Below are positions 30,571-44,500 of a DNA stretch of 64,000 nucleotides, in pieces (the first letter of the stretch is position 1; the number at the start of each line of letters is the position of its first letter). The notes beneath the pieces were generated by a model. It was given only the letters and a program-made list of their open reading frames with translations, was not told where the DNA came from and did no database searches. The stretch spans positions 62,001 to 126,000 of the forward strand of contig NW_026782248.1 in assembly GCF_031769215.1 (NCBI RefSeq), read 5' to 3'. The stretch is from Ylistrum balloti (taxonomy: Eukaryota). Made by a program: the position numbers and the translations under genes.

Positions 30571-33500
30571 ATAGTTGGTTTGTATAACATAAACTACAGA
30601 ACAAATTTGATAAAACTTAAGGATGAGGGATTTGTTTACAAGTTGGAAATAAGGTTGGTATTATACAAACTAAAGGACCCTGAGTGTACAAAAAAGGATT
30701 GAGGATTTGTGTAGGAGGAAGTTGTTAGACGGCTGTTTTATAAACTAGGGGACCTGTAAGGAGAATTAATTTCTGATTAACCATTATAAGTTTCTTGTTA
30801 CCGAAAAGCAAGTCTACAAAGTACTGAAATAATTCTGAAACAAAATTTATTTAATTCTCTTTCTCAAAAGATTTATCGAATTTCGTGCAGAATTTGGGAC
30901 TGATATTTCTGATTGTATTCTAAAAATTGTTTTTGTTTGTATTTTGTTCCATTGTAGATTTCTGAAGACAAAAGCAATTCTGATGTTTAGTGGATGTGAT
31001 TGAGTTGACGAATTTGTTGGTGATACTGATTTACTGGACACTTCATTGTTTGATACCGGGGAGGTGAAAACTCTCTAATCAGACTCCATGATCTTTGTAC
31101 ATAATGATTCTGTGTAACAGACACATTACCAAATCATATTTAAATTATCAAAAACCTCAACGTTGTTATGTTTTTATTTTTTCAATATCTACGTGCCATG
31201 ATGGCTCATGATGCCATGACAGAAGATTGATCTACATAGCCCCAGATAAAATCCAAGATGCGTGATTTAACACCCAATCCCATTGCAATTTTTTTTTTCT
31301 CAAGAAGCTGAGAAACTGACTGGTCTCTGTTGTGGTTGTGTCTTTGAATTAGACATTTTTGCTCTGAATAGTATGCAATGGACTTCCTTTATGTTGTTAA
31401 GTGAGGTCGCTACGAACTACTACACAGAGAATCCTCCCTTCAACTGATCCTGGCAGTTAATGGGGTAATGAAATGCAGAGAGCAAATAAACTAATGTCAA
31501 AAATTTCTGGGTATCTTGGATTACCTCCCCTGGTATCTTCTCCGTGTTATATACACCATTGTCTCCATTGGTTGCTAGGGAGATAAGTCCAGCATACTGC
31601 ATTTATAACTCTCAACAAACAAGAGTTTAACATTTCTTGACTCTATAATTTTGAAATGAGTTTATATCAATAACATGTTTACACTTTTTACTGTGCAAAT
31701 CTTGTTTTGTTTTAACATTTCCTCAAATGCAATATTTCATCATTTTTATTTCCAAACCCTTTCATTTTGTGTCATATTTCATTACTTTTATGCTGATATT
31801 CATCTAGCCTGATGAAATACATTTCAGCAGCAAAGTCCTGAAATATTTTTCAAACATTGAACATTTTGGAGACAAAATCATTTGTTCTACACAACTTTGA
31901 TCTATCACTATTACAAACGTTTAGTTATTTTACAACAATTTTGAAAGGCACTTTACATCAATGTTGGCCCAGGTGTGCGGGCAAGGAGAACATGACCACA
32001 GGAGGAATGGTCAGATAATCAGATTAATGATTCCGTACCTTTTCCTGTCTTGATTCAAGATGTGAACCCAAGTTGCCAAAGGCAGTACACTCTTCAGCAA
32101 CTGCTTCATCTGACAACCAATTTGGATGACAAGGGCATGAAATTGTTTACATTTTGTGTACCGTTTCAATATCTACTGACAAGTTCAATATCACCAACAT
32201 TACTTAAAATATTTTCACCAGGTAACCATTAAAATGACCGTAGTTTTTTTTCAAGTTGTCTTTCTCTAAATGTAGTGGAAATGATGTACAATGCAAAACT
32301 AGGAATTTTGTTTTTTTTTTTTAACAGAAACAAATATGTCTTCCCCTATTTGCGGAAAGAATATTTCCTGTTTTTAAATTGAAAAAAATTATAAGGAACA
32401 ATCTTGAAAGTACATATAAGATTTAGGACTCATCATTAAACTCCAACCACATGTAATTTATTTTATAATAGCAAATTATTTATCAGTTGAAGGATACAAA
32501 AGTTGATCTCTTACCTCAGAGCATGCACTAATTTTATTATGGACAGGTTTCTTAATAATTCTACAACACAATATCTTATACGATTATGTGATCTGGCTTT
32601 TATCACTTTAATTGTGTTAAAAAGTTGAGTGACTTTTCAACTGAATTTGATGAGTTTTACTTCACAATTTATTATTAAATATTGACATACCAGTGTAAAA
32701 AATATATTTGACCTTGACCTCTGACCTGATGATCAGGTGACTTGTCTTAAGACTTTTGTCAGAAAAAATGCCTCTATTTTTATAATTTGAACAGCTGAAG
32801 GTCACTGTGACTTAACAGTGTAATAAGCAATGCCTGCTAGTGATAAAATGTTTCTATATTAGATTCAGCACCAGTATCTTAAACTGGTTAAAAAAAATTC
32901 AGGGAAAGAAAATTTGATCTTGAGATGAATGGTAGGGTGATGTGACATCTTATCAGTGGACTGCACATGCATTTAGATGTGTTGTGTGTTGTGTTGATAT
33001 TTCAAGCTCATTAATATATTTCTTGCACAAATTCTTATAAATTCCAATTATACCCTAAGGTGTAGGTTATGGTGACCTCGTTTTAGTGCAGCACACACTG
33101 TCTATTGGGGATGAAATTTAAATTCAAAGCTTCAGGGCACCTTTGACATTTTATAATTCTGAAAATCACACTTCTTGAGATAAATGTCACAGGGACCTCA
33201 TTTAAGTGCACTGTGCAACACCTGTGGGTGATACAGTCATGTGTTGTGTATTTTTCCTTCTTATATTTCTGAACAAAATGCATTTTCAATCCAAAAATAT
33301 CAAAAAGGCAATCCATCTAAAATAAATCTACAACACTGTCTTATAAATCAACTTTATAAATATTTTTATCTCAAGTATTTGAATAGATACATTATTCTTG
33401 GTACTTCCAGATACCTGGGGTAGCTTCTGCCAAAAATTGAAAACTAGAAATACAATTTTTATTTAATTCACACAGAGCAGTCCATATAAACTTTTTTACA

Positions 33501-34929
33501 CAGCTGAATCTGAGCTTCACTGACCTATTAACAATCAGTATCCATTAGTTAAACCATTGAAAATTTACATTTGAAATTAAAAAAATACGGGTATATATCA
33601 TTTCGGAATGCAATGTTCCAAATACAATATGATCCTGTTGAAATATTTATATTGTGTTGATAATAATGAGGAATTACTTATCAATTAATTGATAAAGATG
33701 AATGTAGTTTTTAAGAAAAATGTGCTTGTGAAAAATCAATTGACAGTCTGTACAAAGTTGTTTGGATATCACCTGTTTGGCCCTTAACCCTTTCCAAACC
33801 TGTCTGGTAACTGGATTTGAAATTGTAAAACAGGGTACAAGTTCCAATTCAATTTTTCAAGCCCTTCAAAAATTTTTACAATACCTACATGAACAACAAC
33901 TAAATGTTCTGCATGGATAAAAATGCTCTATTTCTACCCTGCGGATCACTAACTCAACTTTAACTGCGAGATAAATAAATTAAAAAACCATGAATAACAA
34001 GTTTTAATGTATCGTTTATCAAACAAATCAAATTAAAAAAATATATATATATAATTTTCTTTTAAAATCATCAATATGTTTATCAATAATATCAAATTGA
34101 TTTACAATGTCCTGTAAGTTAATTTAATCATGTGCCTGTTGATATGTGTTTTTATTATTATCATTTATATGATATAAAATATTTCAAGTTAATTGAGAAT
34201 AAACAATTGGGTTGTTATTGTTGGTGTTTGACTTAATTAACTTGTTTATTCTCCACTAACTTATCATAATTTATTTTCTCTTTTAAAATCACATAAATGT
34301 CCAACAGCTCCTGTGAGTTGAAGAAATAAATAGTAGAATTACTGTTTTGTAAATAAACAACTAATGCTCTAGTCAACGTGGAGTTTTCCCCCCAACATTG
34401 GCTGGAATTCCCCCATTTGAGGGCCCCAAAAAATAGGGCAGTCTCTTGATCGATCATATTGTCATCATTTGTCATAAATCAATGGGTTGGTACCCTCCTC
34501 AGCGGGTCTACAGGACACTTGTCATTGGATTAAGATTAAAGTTGATATTATCTAAACCCGAAAACTCAAAATATTCTGAAAATAATACAGATCCGTCGTC
34601 CCAGTCTATAACATTAAAGCTCGGCTACATGTTTTCCGACCCAATTTGCCCCCATTCTGTCGGCAGACAGAAATGTCTATCTCCCGTCTCGTCAGGTGAT
34701 CGGTGAACTGTCAGAGTTCAGGGGCAGGACACAGCGATCGGTCTCCCGTCAGCAGTTATCGACGCTTTTCGTCCAAATGTGACTAAATTTGCACTGATTA
34801 TTAATAAATTAATAGCCGGGCATCATCACTTAAAAGTTTATAACCAACCTAGCTGCAAAAATACAAAAAATTGCAGCGAGAATTGCTTATAATCGGACAG
34901 AAGAAGCTCGCACCTTGCAGGCTGTAAGC

Positions 34930-35020
34930 TGAGTGACGTCATAACTCACGTGACTGGGTGGGCAGTATTCCTAATTGATGCCCGCCATTTTGACGAAGAG
35001 TGACACTGTCTGCGAGCAAG
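34930..35020 (+). promoter_or_regulatory. Probable PKNOX promoter and non-coding exon 1
   Basis: TGACGTCA (34934), TCACGTGA (34946), CCGCCATTTT (YY1-like, ~34982), then donor AG|GTAAGC at 35021. Confidence 0.55.
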
Positions 35021-36769
35021 GTAAGCTGTCAATAACGTGTCTGCGCGGTTTGACGGGGAAACAAATACCGCAGGATGTTCATATTCGAAATTTAGATTTA
35101 CTCCCCAATTCAATAATGACAGGATATTTGAAATGCTGCGTAGCTTTCATATGACATTTTAAGAACTAATTTATGTTTTGTTTCGCGGTGGAAATGTTCA
35201 AGTCGAATTAGACTTCCGTTTATAAATTGATGGGTTTAGAATCCGACTGGGCGATCCTGTTCGTTATTGGCACATCCCCAAATGCGACTTGTTACAGTAC
35301 AGGATTGATGTCTTCAGAACATGATGTAAATGGTTTCAGTACGCCCCAAAACAATGAATTTATCAGGCAAAGTAGATAAGCATTGCTGCAGTGTTTATTT
35401 ATGGCCCGATTTACGTTGCCGTCTCATTGTGCATAGCTTGGGCTAAGGGTGTTGGAATTGACCTAGTAAACTACTTTGGATGACGGACGTCTTCATATTA
35501 ATATTATATCATGTATTTCTCGTCGTGATTGTCGATTAATGTCGAGTCTTGGGCCAATGTATAATTTATTGAAGTCTATTTTTACAGATTAGGTCATGTG
35601 ACTTGTGTGATAGACTAGGCCTATTTTTTAAAAAAAATATTTGTAAAACTAGATCTATGTATAGTTCAAACATCAAACTTACATGATCCATATTAATTAA
35701 AAGATCTTTTCAAATTTATTACCTATTTATGAGGTAACTCATTTTTGAGGTAGCTTGAATTTTGAAATTCATCTTTGTTGTTTATCTGATATAAAAATTA
35801 AATCAACATTGAATATACTTGTGTATTTTCACTGAAGTGTAACAATAGATTTTATTTCCGCTCTATTTATTATTAAATTCTGTATCATGAATAATTATAA
35901 TAACTACACTAATATGTAACAAAATTAATTTTGGTTTTTATTTCTGATTATTGCTATCAGAACTGATTTTATTGAGTTTTTTGTTAACTTTCCTCATGAA
36001 AATATATTCGGCCAAAATGTTAAGCTTTTCTCGGATGCTTTGATTGATTTTCAAAATTCAGTTTAATTTATAGCATGTTTAAATATAACCCTTATAGCAT
36101 TTAAATCAACATTAGGCATTTGGAAAAAAAAATGCAAATTTAAACAGTATTTATGTGTAAACATACACATAGGCCAATATCACAGATATATAATAAATTT
36201 GTGTCTCTCTATACATATATGTCATTCTTAGAAATATTTTGGATTTCTAAATTTGGATGTACTACTAAAAAATAAAGATTAGTGTTTTAAAAAAAAAATC
36301 CTGAAATACTGTTACCAAAATGAAACTATATGTGTTTTTCTTTATTTTCAAGTATTAATATCATTTTTTTAAAACCTGCATGCTGTATGACCACATAAAT
36401 GAGACTTTATTGGACTGAATAATTTTAGTAAAAATTACTTTTTCATAAAGACAAATATTCCGCTAATCGAGGGGTTACGTTAACTATCACTCCTTTTACT
36501 TGAGGCATCATTCTTGATACTCCACGGGTTACAGTTACTTTTGCTCGCAGCACCTCTGAAACATTTCCGAACAATATTTGAAGCATTTGCAATTGAAGTT
36601 ATTTAATTGGTCGAGAGCAGATTTCAAGAGAGAAAAAAAATCAGACAGATATCCTTCTTTTGAGATTACAGAAAGGTTACATCCAAATTCAAAGGCTGTA
36701 CAACATAGCGCTATGTGATCTCGAAATTTGTTTATGTACATGAAGGGATCCAAATAATCCCTTCATCTT

Positions 36770-36983
36770 TTTTTTTTTTTTTTTCAAACATTTTATTGAC
36801 TAAGACGAGACATACATAAGATTACAAATGTGTCCTCACACAGGAGGGCTCTCATACTTTCACACATCATTCAGACTTCTCATATTCCAGACTATGAAAT
36901 ACATGTACACACACCTACACACATACGTTTAGTCTTAAATGTTCATACTAACATTCCTTACATTCAACATTACGACTGCTAAC
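36770..36983 (-). mobile_element. Short retroposed insertion with AATAAA, poly(A) tail and 14-bp TSD
   Basis: AATCCCTTCATCTT at 36756-36769 and 36984-36997 flanks the insert. A T-run at the left end is a minus-strand poly(A) tail preceded by AATAAA. Confidence 0.85.
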
Positions 36984-37638
36984 AATCCCTTCATCTTATC
37001 CACAAGGTGCCGCACATGAGATTTGATTTTGTCCTGAAATAGCTTTCAAGAGCGCACGTGCATAGAACAATAGTGAGCGTAACCATGCAGTTGATGAAAG
37101 ACAATAATCTGAAGTCTTCAATATTCAGACTGATGGGAATAACAATAATATCATTATCAATTTTTAAATATGGATTATCCTTCAAGTTGGATAATATATG
37201 AAACTGCAGTAATGATGATTCTGGAATGAGATTGATGAATACTTTGAAATTCTGAGCAGGGTTTTCCATAATTTTGTTAGTAGTAGGCTGTGTAGTGAAA
37301 GTAGTAGGCTGACCTGCCGTGTACGGAACATTATTACGGAACTGGATTGGTGTAGGCAGCCAAATGATCAAAGTAGCCGATCAAATTGGCTGGCGACCGG
37401 CTCTTATAGAAAACCCTGTCTGAGGATATGCTGTATATGTGATAAAAAAATTCATCTACCTTTTTAATCTTGAAAGTTTCAGAAAGCATTAATGACTTAG
37501 AATCACTGCTGGTGAAAACAGCGTACAGCCATGACTTAATGCTATTAAATCAGTGTTACTATATAGGACTATGTAGGACTAATACGTTTGTTTATGTTGA
37601 TTCATCTGTAGAGACCAGAGAGAGGGATGTGAGAAGCC

Positions 37639-40600
37639 ATGTCTGTCGTACAGCCAGGACTGGTGCCATCCTTCACAGACGTTCAGGTTCTTGGCACAAT
37701 TGTCTCCTCAGCTCCTTCAGACAGTAACAAGTAAGTGGCTATTTACTGGTTATTGGTCTAACCTTTTAACATGTTACATAAGACAGTCATTTATATTGTA
37801 TTATATCATGTTTTAACTGGGGTTTTGTCAACGTAAATCATACCTGTATAGAAATTCTCTAAAGAAATCCTGAAGCATGTTTTTGTGTGCACAATTGCAA
37901 TTTATTTTATACATATAAATGTACTGGTAACTATATATTCATATTACGAAATGCATTCCTTTTTCTTGTCAACAGCCCTGCGGTCATTACAAAGGAAGGA
38001 GATGTCAACTCGGAAGGTGAAAAACGTGCTATTTATGGGTAGGTATCTAAACTACAAACACAATAATCTTCATACTCAAAATCCAAGTGTTTCAATATAA
38101 ATTCTACATCTAGAGTAAATATTCTCACAAATTTCGAGACTCAAAACATAAAGTCAGGCCTCAAAAAACTAAAAACCATGAAGGAAAAATGTAGGGTAGG
38201 TTGGTTGACGAATGTTTACATTTCTGTTTTCTTGTTAGTATTTACAAAGTAAAAAGAAAAAGTCATGGCTTAAATAGTCTTTAGTAGTAAGAAAATTGAA
38301 CAACCAGGTAACAATATTTTGTTTTAAAATCTACTTTCAAGTTCTCAATGATTACATTCATGGCATGCCAGACATAAATAGTATGAATGGACTACAACTG
38401 GAAAGATTGTATATAACTAGATGTATATCATGGAGTTATCCCCCTTTCGCCACAAGTATATCTTGAAAGAATTGTATAATATATCTTGTGTTGCACCCTT
38501 CAGGCACCCCTTGTTTCCTTTGATGGCATTGTTATTTGAGAAATGTGAGCAAGCATCACAGACATCTGACTGTCCTAGTTCAGACAGCTTTGATGTTGAT
38601 ATTCAAGCCTTTGTTCACCACCAGGAAAAAGATCGCAAGCCTTTCTTTAGCGAGGACCCTGAACTTGATGCTCTGGTTAGTAAATAGGTTTGGAAAATCA
38701 GATCTCAAAAAGTAAAATGTGAACGATATAAGACTGAATTTGTTGGCAAATAGCAAGTGATATTTCAAATATAAAATCACTATTTGAAAAAAGTTCTTTA
38801 TGACAGAAATGACATCATATAATAATCTTGATTTTGTTTGGTGATCTGAAAGCAATTTATTCCTTTTCATAAGGGTCTGCTGTGTAATTACATTGGCCGC
38901 ATTTGTTTACACTGGATATTAAATGTGATATTTACACAATATTTGCTTCATGTTTGAGCCATGATATTTTCTGGTTTCAGACATAATTTCTTTTGTTTGT
39001 GTGATATTTGTTATGTATATTTCTTTGCATGTTTCAAACTGATGTTTGATGTTTCTTTAAATACTCCAGACATGATATGTGCCAGCATGTTTTGAAGTTG
39101 ACGTTTCACACTTGTTGTTTGTTACAGATGGTGAAGGCTATACAGGTATTAAGAATACATCTACTAGAACTGGAGAAAGTGACAGAATTGTGTAAAGACT
39201 TTTGCAATCGTTACATTGCCTGTTTGAAAGGTAAACTACAGAGTGAGCAGTTGTTACGCATAGACTCAGACTTTGATGACCCTCCTCCAGAGGAGTTATC
39301 TCCCCCTGGACAAGCTTCAGTACCTATGCAACAAGTTATGTCTTCCGGTGTGGTGAACTCGGCTAACAATTTGACAATGATACAACCTGGCATGGCACAA
39401 CCTGCCATGGCGACCTTGAACCAAGGTCAAATAGTGTCTGGTGGGACAGTTTACCAGATGGTACAGACTCCACAGGGACTTGTAGCCCAACCCATACAGG
39501 TACACAATTTTAACTTCTCTTGTCAATATAGGCAGGGGCCTTTCTGTTTCATTTTGTGAGAAAATTTGACCCATATGAGCAGCATATTTTAATGATTAAA
39601 CTGAAGGTTTAAGAATAATGGAAGTTCCATATATAATTTTATAATGCAGTTTTAAGAAGACAAAAGAGGAACATTTTAGAAATTTCATGATCAGTCAGGT
39701 GTAAATGCCAAATTGGTTTGTTTTCTTAATTCAAATAAAGAATGAGGTTAAATACATATTTTTACAGATCCATACTGCACCAGTACAGCCACAAATTACA
39801 GCCACACCTGTCATTCATGGCAGTACACCACTGTCACAGATAGGCATGGTCAGTTCACCAGTCACTCAGGCCCAGACAGGTAAGTTAGGAAGATAATGGT
39901 GGTCGTCAGTTTGACAGTCACTTGATTTGCTGTGGTTTAGAAAGAAAAGATATTCTTAATCATTGCCATAAAGAAAATTTGTACTGAAAACTAATAATTT
40001 TTTGTGGGGTTAAATTTTCCTGTTTTCTTTGTTTTAAAAAATGTGGACATTTATGAATTCATGGATGAAAATTAGCCATGAAAGCAAGGAGAGTAATTCT
40101 CTTGTATCATATTAAAGATTTTCCATTTAAGTGAATATTGAAAAGAGTAAAATTGTGATAAAATGTAAGGTGTGTTTGCTCACAGTTTCTTCACAACAAT
40201 CCTCAATGCAGTCAGCATTGCTAAGTGATTCTGATGGAGATGACATTTTGGGAAAGAAGAAAAATAAACGTGGAGTTTTACCAAAATCTGCAACACAGAT
40301 CATGAAATCCTGGCTTTTTCAACATATAGTGGTAAGTTTTAGATTAGCATATGATGGGAAATGGAGGGAATTATATATGGACAATTTGATAAGATGGTCA
40401 AGATAGCTGTCATTAGAGCTGTGGATACATATTATCTAAAGTACATTCAGGGGTGCAGATTAACTCTTTAATGCTGGGGGCCAGCTGGGCCCCTAAGATA
40501 AAAAAGTTAGTAGCCCAATCATAATTTCAGGAGCCCAGATGGCTGGTCTGCACACCATTTTTCATTGAAAGATCTGGAATGCTTGTTTTTGTTGTAGTTC

Positions 40601-41492
40601 AGATAATATTTATGTTTCTCTCCCACAGTTTGTGATTTTTGGGGGTTTGAAACCCCCTTTAGATACCGCCACATTCCGGATCACGACCTTAGTATTAGAC
40701 CGGCATGAAAACAACCATCAAATGCCATGTTTACAAATGGCGTGGATTCTAATCGGTGTCAGCATGGTGCTTTATCATAATATGAGGAATCTGAGTCACT
40801 GCAATGTTTACGCTTCCCGGTTTGAAATAGCATGATACGACTGTGATTATTGCCGTTTAACTAGGCTAAATACTTCGTAAATAATTTCTGATTGTGATGA
40901 GATCACTTGAATTAACTTTTCAGAAACAGAAACATAGATAATTAAATTGAAAATCCAATCACCAAGTGGGCGAATGAGGTAATAACATTCAGTAGCCAAC
41001 CTAATGATTTGGTCGCATTAGGCGACTGGGCGACTGTTAATCTGCACCCCTAACAATGAGTTCACAGACTTTCCTGTGCTGGAGTGATTATATCCTTCGG
41101 AAAGACAACACAATAACTATGTATGGCATATCAGAAGCCCCTCATATTTTGTTCAGTGAGGTAGCTTCTAAATTCTGAAAAGAACACTCAAGGTGACTCG
41201 TGGTGTTTAAAGGATGGTAATCTGATTTTGTTTCAAATTAACATAAGTAAACATTGTAAAACAGCATGCTTAAATCCCCAGATTTAGATCTTTCATCTTT
41301 TAGGTTTTGGATTCAAGCAACACCTGTGCTTTTCTGTTTAGGCTGAAAATTTCTAACTATTGCAAAAGAAATACTGTTTCAATTAACAAAAGGGTTTGTT
41401 TTACAGCAACAGAAGGGAAAAAAAGAGATAACATATATATCAGGAATGTATTTGTTACAGCAACCCCTACCCAAAACAGGATGAGGTAAGGC

Positions 41493-41528
<36 letters not shown>

Positions 41529-44500
41529 TATTTTTTATGTTACAGCACCCTTACCCAACAGAAGATGAGAAAAGACAGATAGCAGCTCAGACAAACTTAA
41601 CCCTCCTACAAGTCAACAACTGGTAAAAGCCTTTCTATTAATTTTAGTAATAGATTAATTTTGGTCAAATATCACAGGGCTCCTATATAGTGATAGGTAA
41701 TGATTGTATGTCTGTCCAATATCACAGGGCCCCTACATAGTGATAGGTAATGTTTGTCCAATATCACAGGGCCCCTACATAGTGATAGGTAATGTTTGTC
41801 CAATATCACAGGGCCCCTACATAGTGATAGGTAATGTTTGTCCAATATCACAGGGCCCCTACATAGTGATAGGTAATGTTTGTCCAATATCACAGGGCCT
41901 TTACATGGTGATAGGTAATGATTTTATGTCTGTCAAATATCACAGGGCCCCTACATAGTGATAGGTAATGTTTGTCCATTATCACAGGGCCCCTACATAG
42001 TGATAGGTAATGTTTGTCCAATATCACAGGGCCCCTACATAGTGGTAGTTAATGATTTTATGTCTGTCCAATATCACAGGGCCCCTACATAGTGATAGGT
42101 AATGTTTGTCCAATATCACAGGGCCCCTATATAATGATAGGTAATGTTTGTCCAATATCACAGGGCCCCTACATAGTGATGGGTAATGTTTGTCCAATAT
42201 CACAGGGCCCCTACATAGTGATAGGTAATGTTTGTCCAATATCACAGGGCCCCTACATAGTGATAGGTAATGTTTGTCCAATATCACAGGGCCCCTATAT
42301 AATGATAGGTAATGTTTGTCCAATATCACAGGGCCTCTACATAGTGATAGGTAATGTTTGTCCAATATCACAGGGCCCCTACATAGTGATGGGTAATGTT
42401 TGTCCAATATCACAGGGCCTCTACATAGTGATAGGTAATGTTTGTCCAATATCACAGGGCCCCTACATAGTGATAGGTAATGATTTTATGTTTGTATTTT
42501 ACACTGGAAACATGTTAGATTGACTCAAAGGGAGCATCGCTTCATTCAAGCTTCATAATCTGGTAATTTGAATAAATTTGATGACTTGTACACTTCCTAT
42601 TTAACGATTAAAATACTGATTTTTTAATATGAGGTGAAAATTGAATTAGGAAACAGTAGTTTTGATATTTAAATTTTAACCACAGTTTTCCAAATATGTA
42701 CAGTAATTCTCAATATTATGATGCAATTTTCCAAAAAATAACAACTTTGAGGTAATTCATAAATAAAAATATTCTGAGTTTTGATCACTAAAGCATGAAT
42801 TAATTCTAATTTCATATTTTAGGTTTATAAATGCGAGACGAAGAATTTTACAACCAATGTTAGATGCTAGTAATCCTGAGCAGGGAAAGGCTAAAAAACC
42901 AAAGACCCAACACCGACCAGTTCAGCAAAGATTCTGGCCTGACAGTATTGCAAACATCCAACCACAGTTCCCAGGTGGTGCTTCACAGGCCAAAGGCGAG
43001 ATAACTTCAGAAAATCAACTTGTCTTTAATGAATCATGTAAGTTTTATTTAAGCTTGCTATTTTGGTGCCTGGAAGATCTATAATGATGTAAAAAAAAAA
43101 ATTCTGAAACAATAAAAAATTAATCATGACAGATAAAAGGACATGCACTGTGATAGAAGATACAGGTATATTCAGGTTACTAAATAAATTGACATATACT
43201 TTCAACCTCCAGTCCAAAAAAAAAATAGGCCGGTAATTCAAAAGTGTTATTTTCAATGATGACTATTTTCTGTCCAGTGGTAGTTCAAACTTTTCTATTC
43301 TTAAGAGATCATGCATTTTTCTATTGTTGTTATGAGTGATCTTGGTGACACAATAGATGCTCTTTATAGTTACTATTCATTTTGACAGTAAATTTTTTAG
43401 AAAAAAATTGTGAATGACCATAGTTAGGTGTTGTCAAATCACATACCTATATGTTATTTAAGTAGCATTGATTCAGTGTTTTTTCTTTCCTGTCAGGCTC
43501 TCACAACATCAGGTGACAGGGGCCTTAACTCTGTATTATTGGCCATTAGTAGTGACAAGAATCAGTTTCTAAATCGATAATTCATATATTCAGTCAGTTT
43601 GGTTGGTTCCTTCTGACACAAACTAACTTGAGTTGTCTGTGTCTTAGTTTAGAAACATGTAAATTTTTTAAATCGCTCTTTTATTATGACTACTGGAGTA
43701 AAATCTCTATCCCACCCTTGGGTTTCAGGTTTTGGTGTAGAGGTATCAGGGGTAGAAATTAATTAATAGTTTGCTTAGAAGCAATAAGGCAGGATACCAC
43801 ACCAGGGATAGAACTGTCTTATTTAGAGTCCTGGGGTCAGATGAATGTTTTACTTGAATAGCTCATAGAAATTTTTAATCGGTCACTATACCTGGTACTT
43901 GTATTCCGTTAATGAATACCACTGATATATACCTTTCAAAACTCCTAGTTTTAAATCACCTGAAAAGGAACAACAGTTGTTACAGCTTCACACAAGGAAA
44001 TATACTTTGTCTCATTCCTGAGATCCGAGTAATTCCTGAACGCTAACAATCAGTCACCTCTGCAATTTTGGCATCAATAAGTTGCTCTCATTTCCTAAAT
44101 CAGTGAATTTTGTATTATTTTTGGTCTTCTGTGGCCACTGTGGTTCAGGAATATATCTATGAGAGCTCTAACTCACCATGTTTCTTCATTCTAATGTCTG
44201 TTTAAACATTGATTTGGTGACCAATGTCTTTGATTGGTCATTTATAGAACATCTATTTATAGAACGATTTCTTCATGTTTTGTGAACAGATTTAGATGGA
44301 AAACATTAATTTTATAAGTGCTTGATATCCTCATTAAAAATATCTTCACTCATCTCCTTACTTTGTTTTCAGTGTCAAGTGAAGGTATGGTGTTAAATTC
44401 TGACACCAATCTCCATAGCAACAGTCAATCAGCACATAATGAACAGGACTCACAATCTTCCCTAAAAATAGACAGTGATGCTGACGATGAAAATTCAGAT

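Noticed and set aside
30189-30587. 132-aa periodic ORF (YRSGLLGRHYL)n
   Set aside because: It is the translation of the 33-bp array; a unit length divisible by 3 explains the open frame.
41672-42523. Periodic ORFs on both strands ([14 protein letters not shown] / [14 protein letters not shown])
   Set aside because: Artefacts of the 42-bp intronic array.
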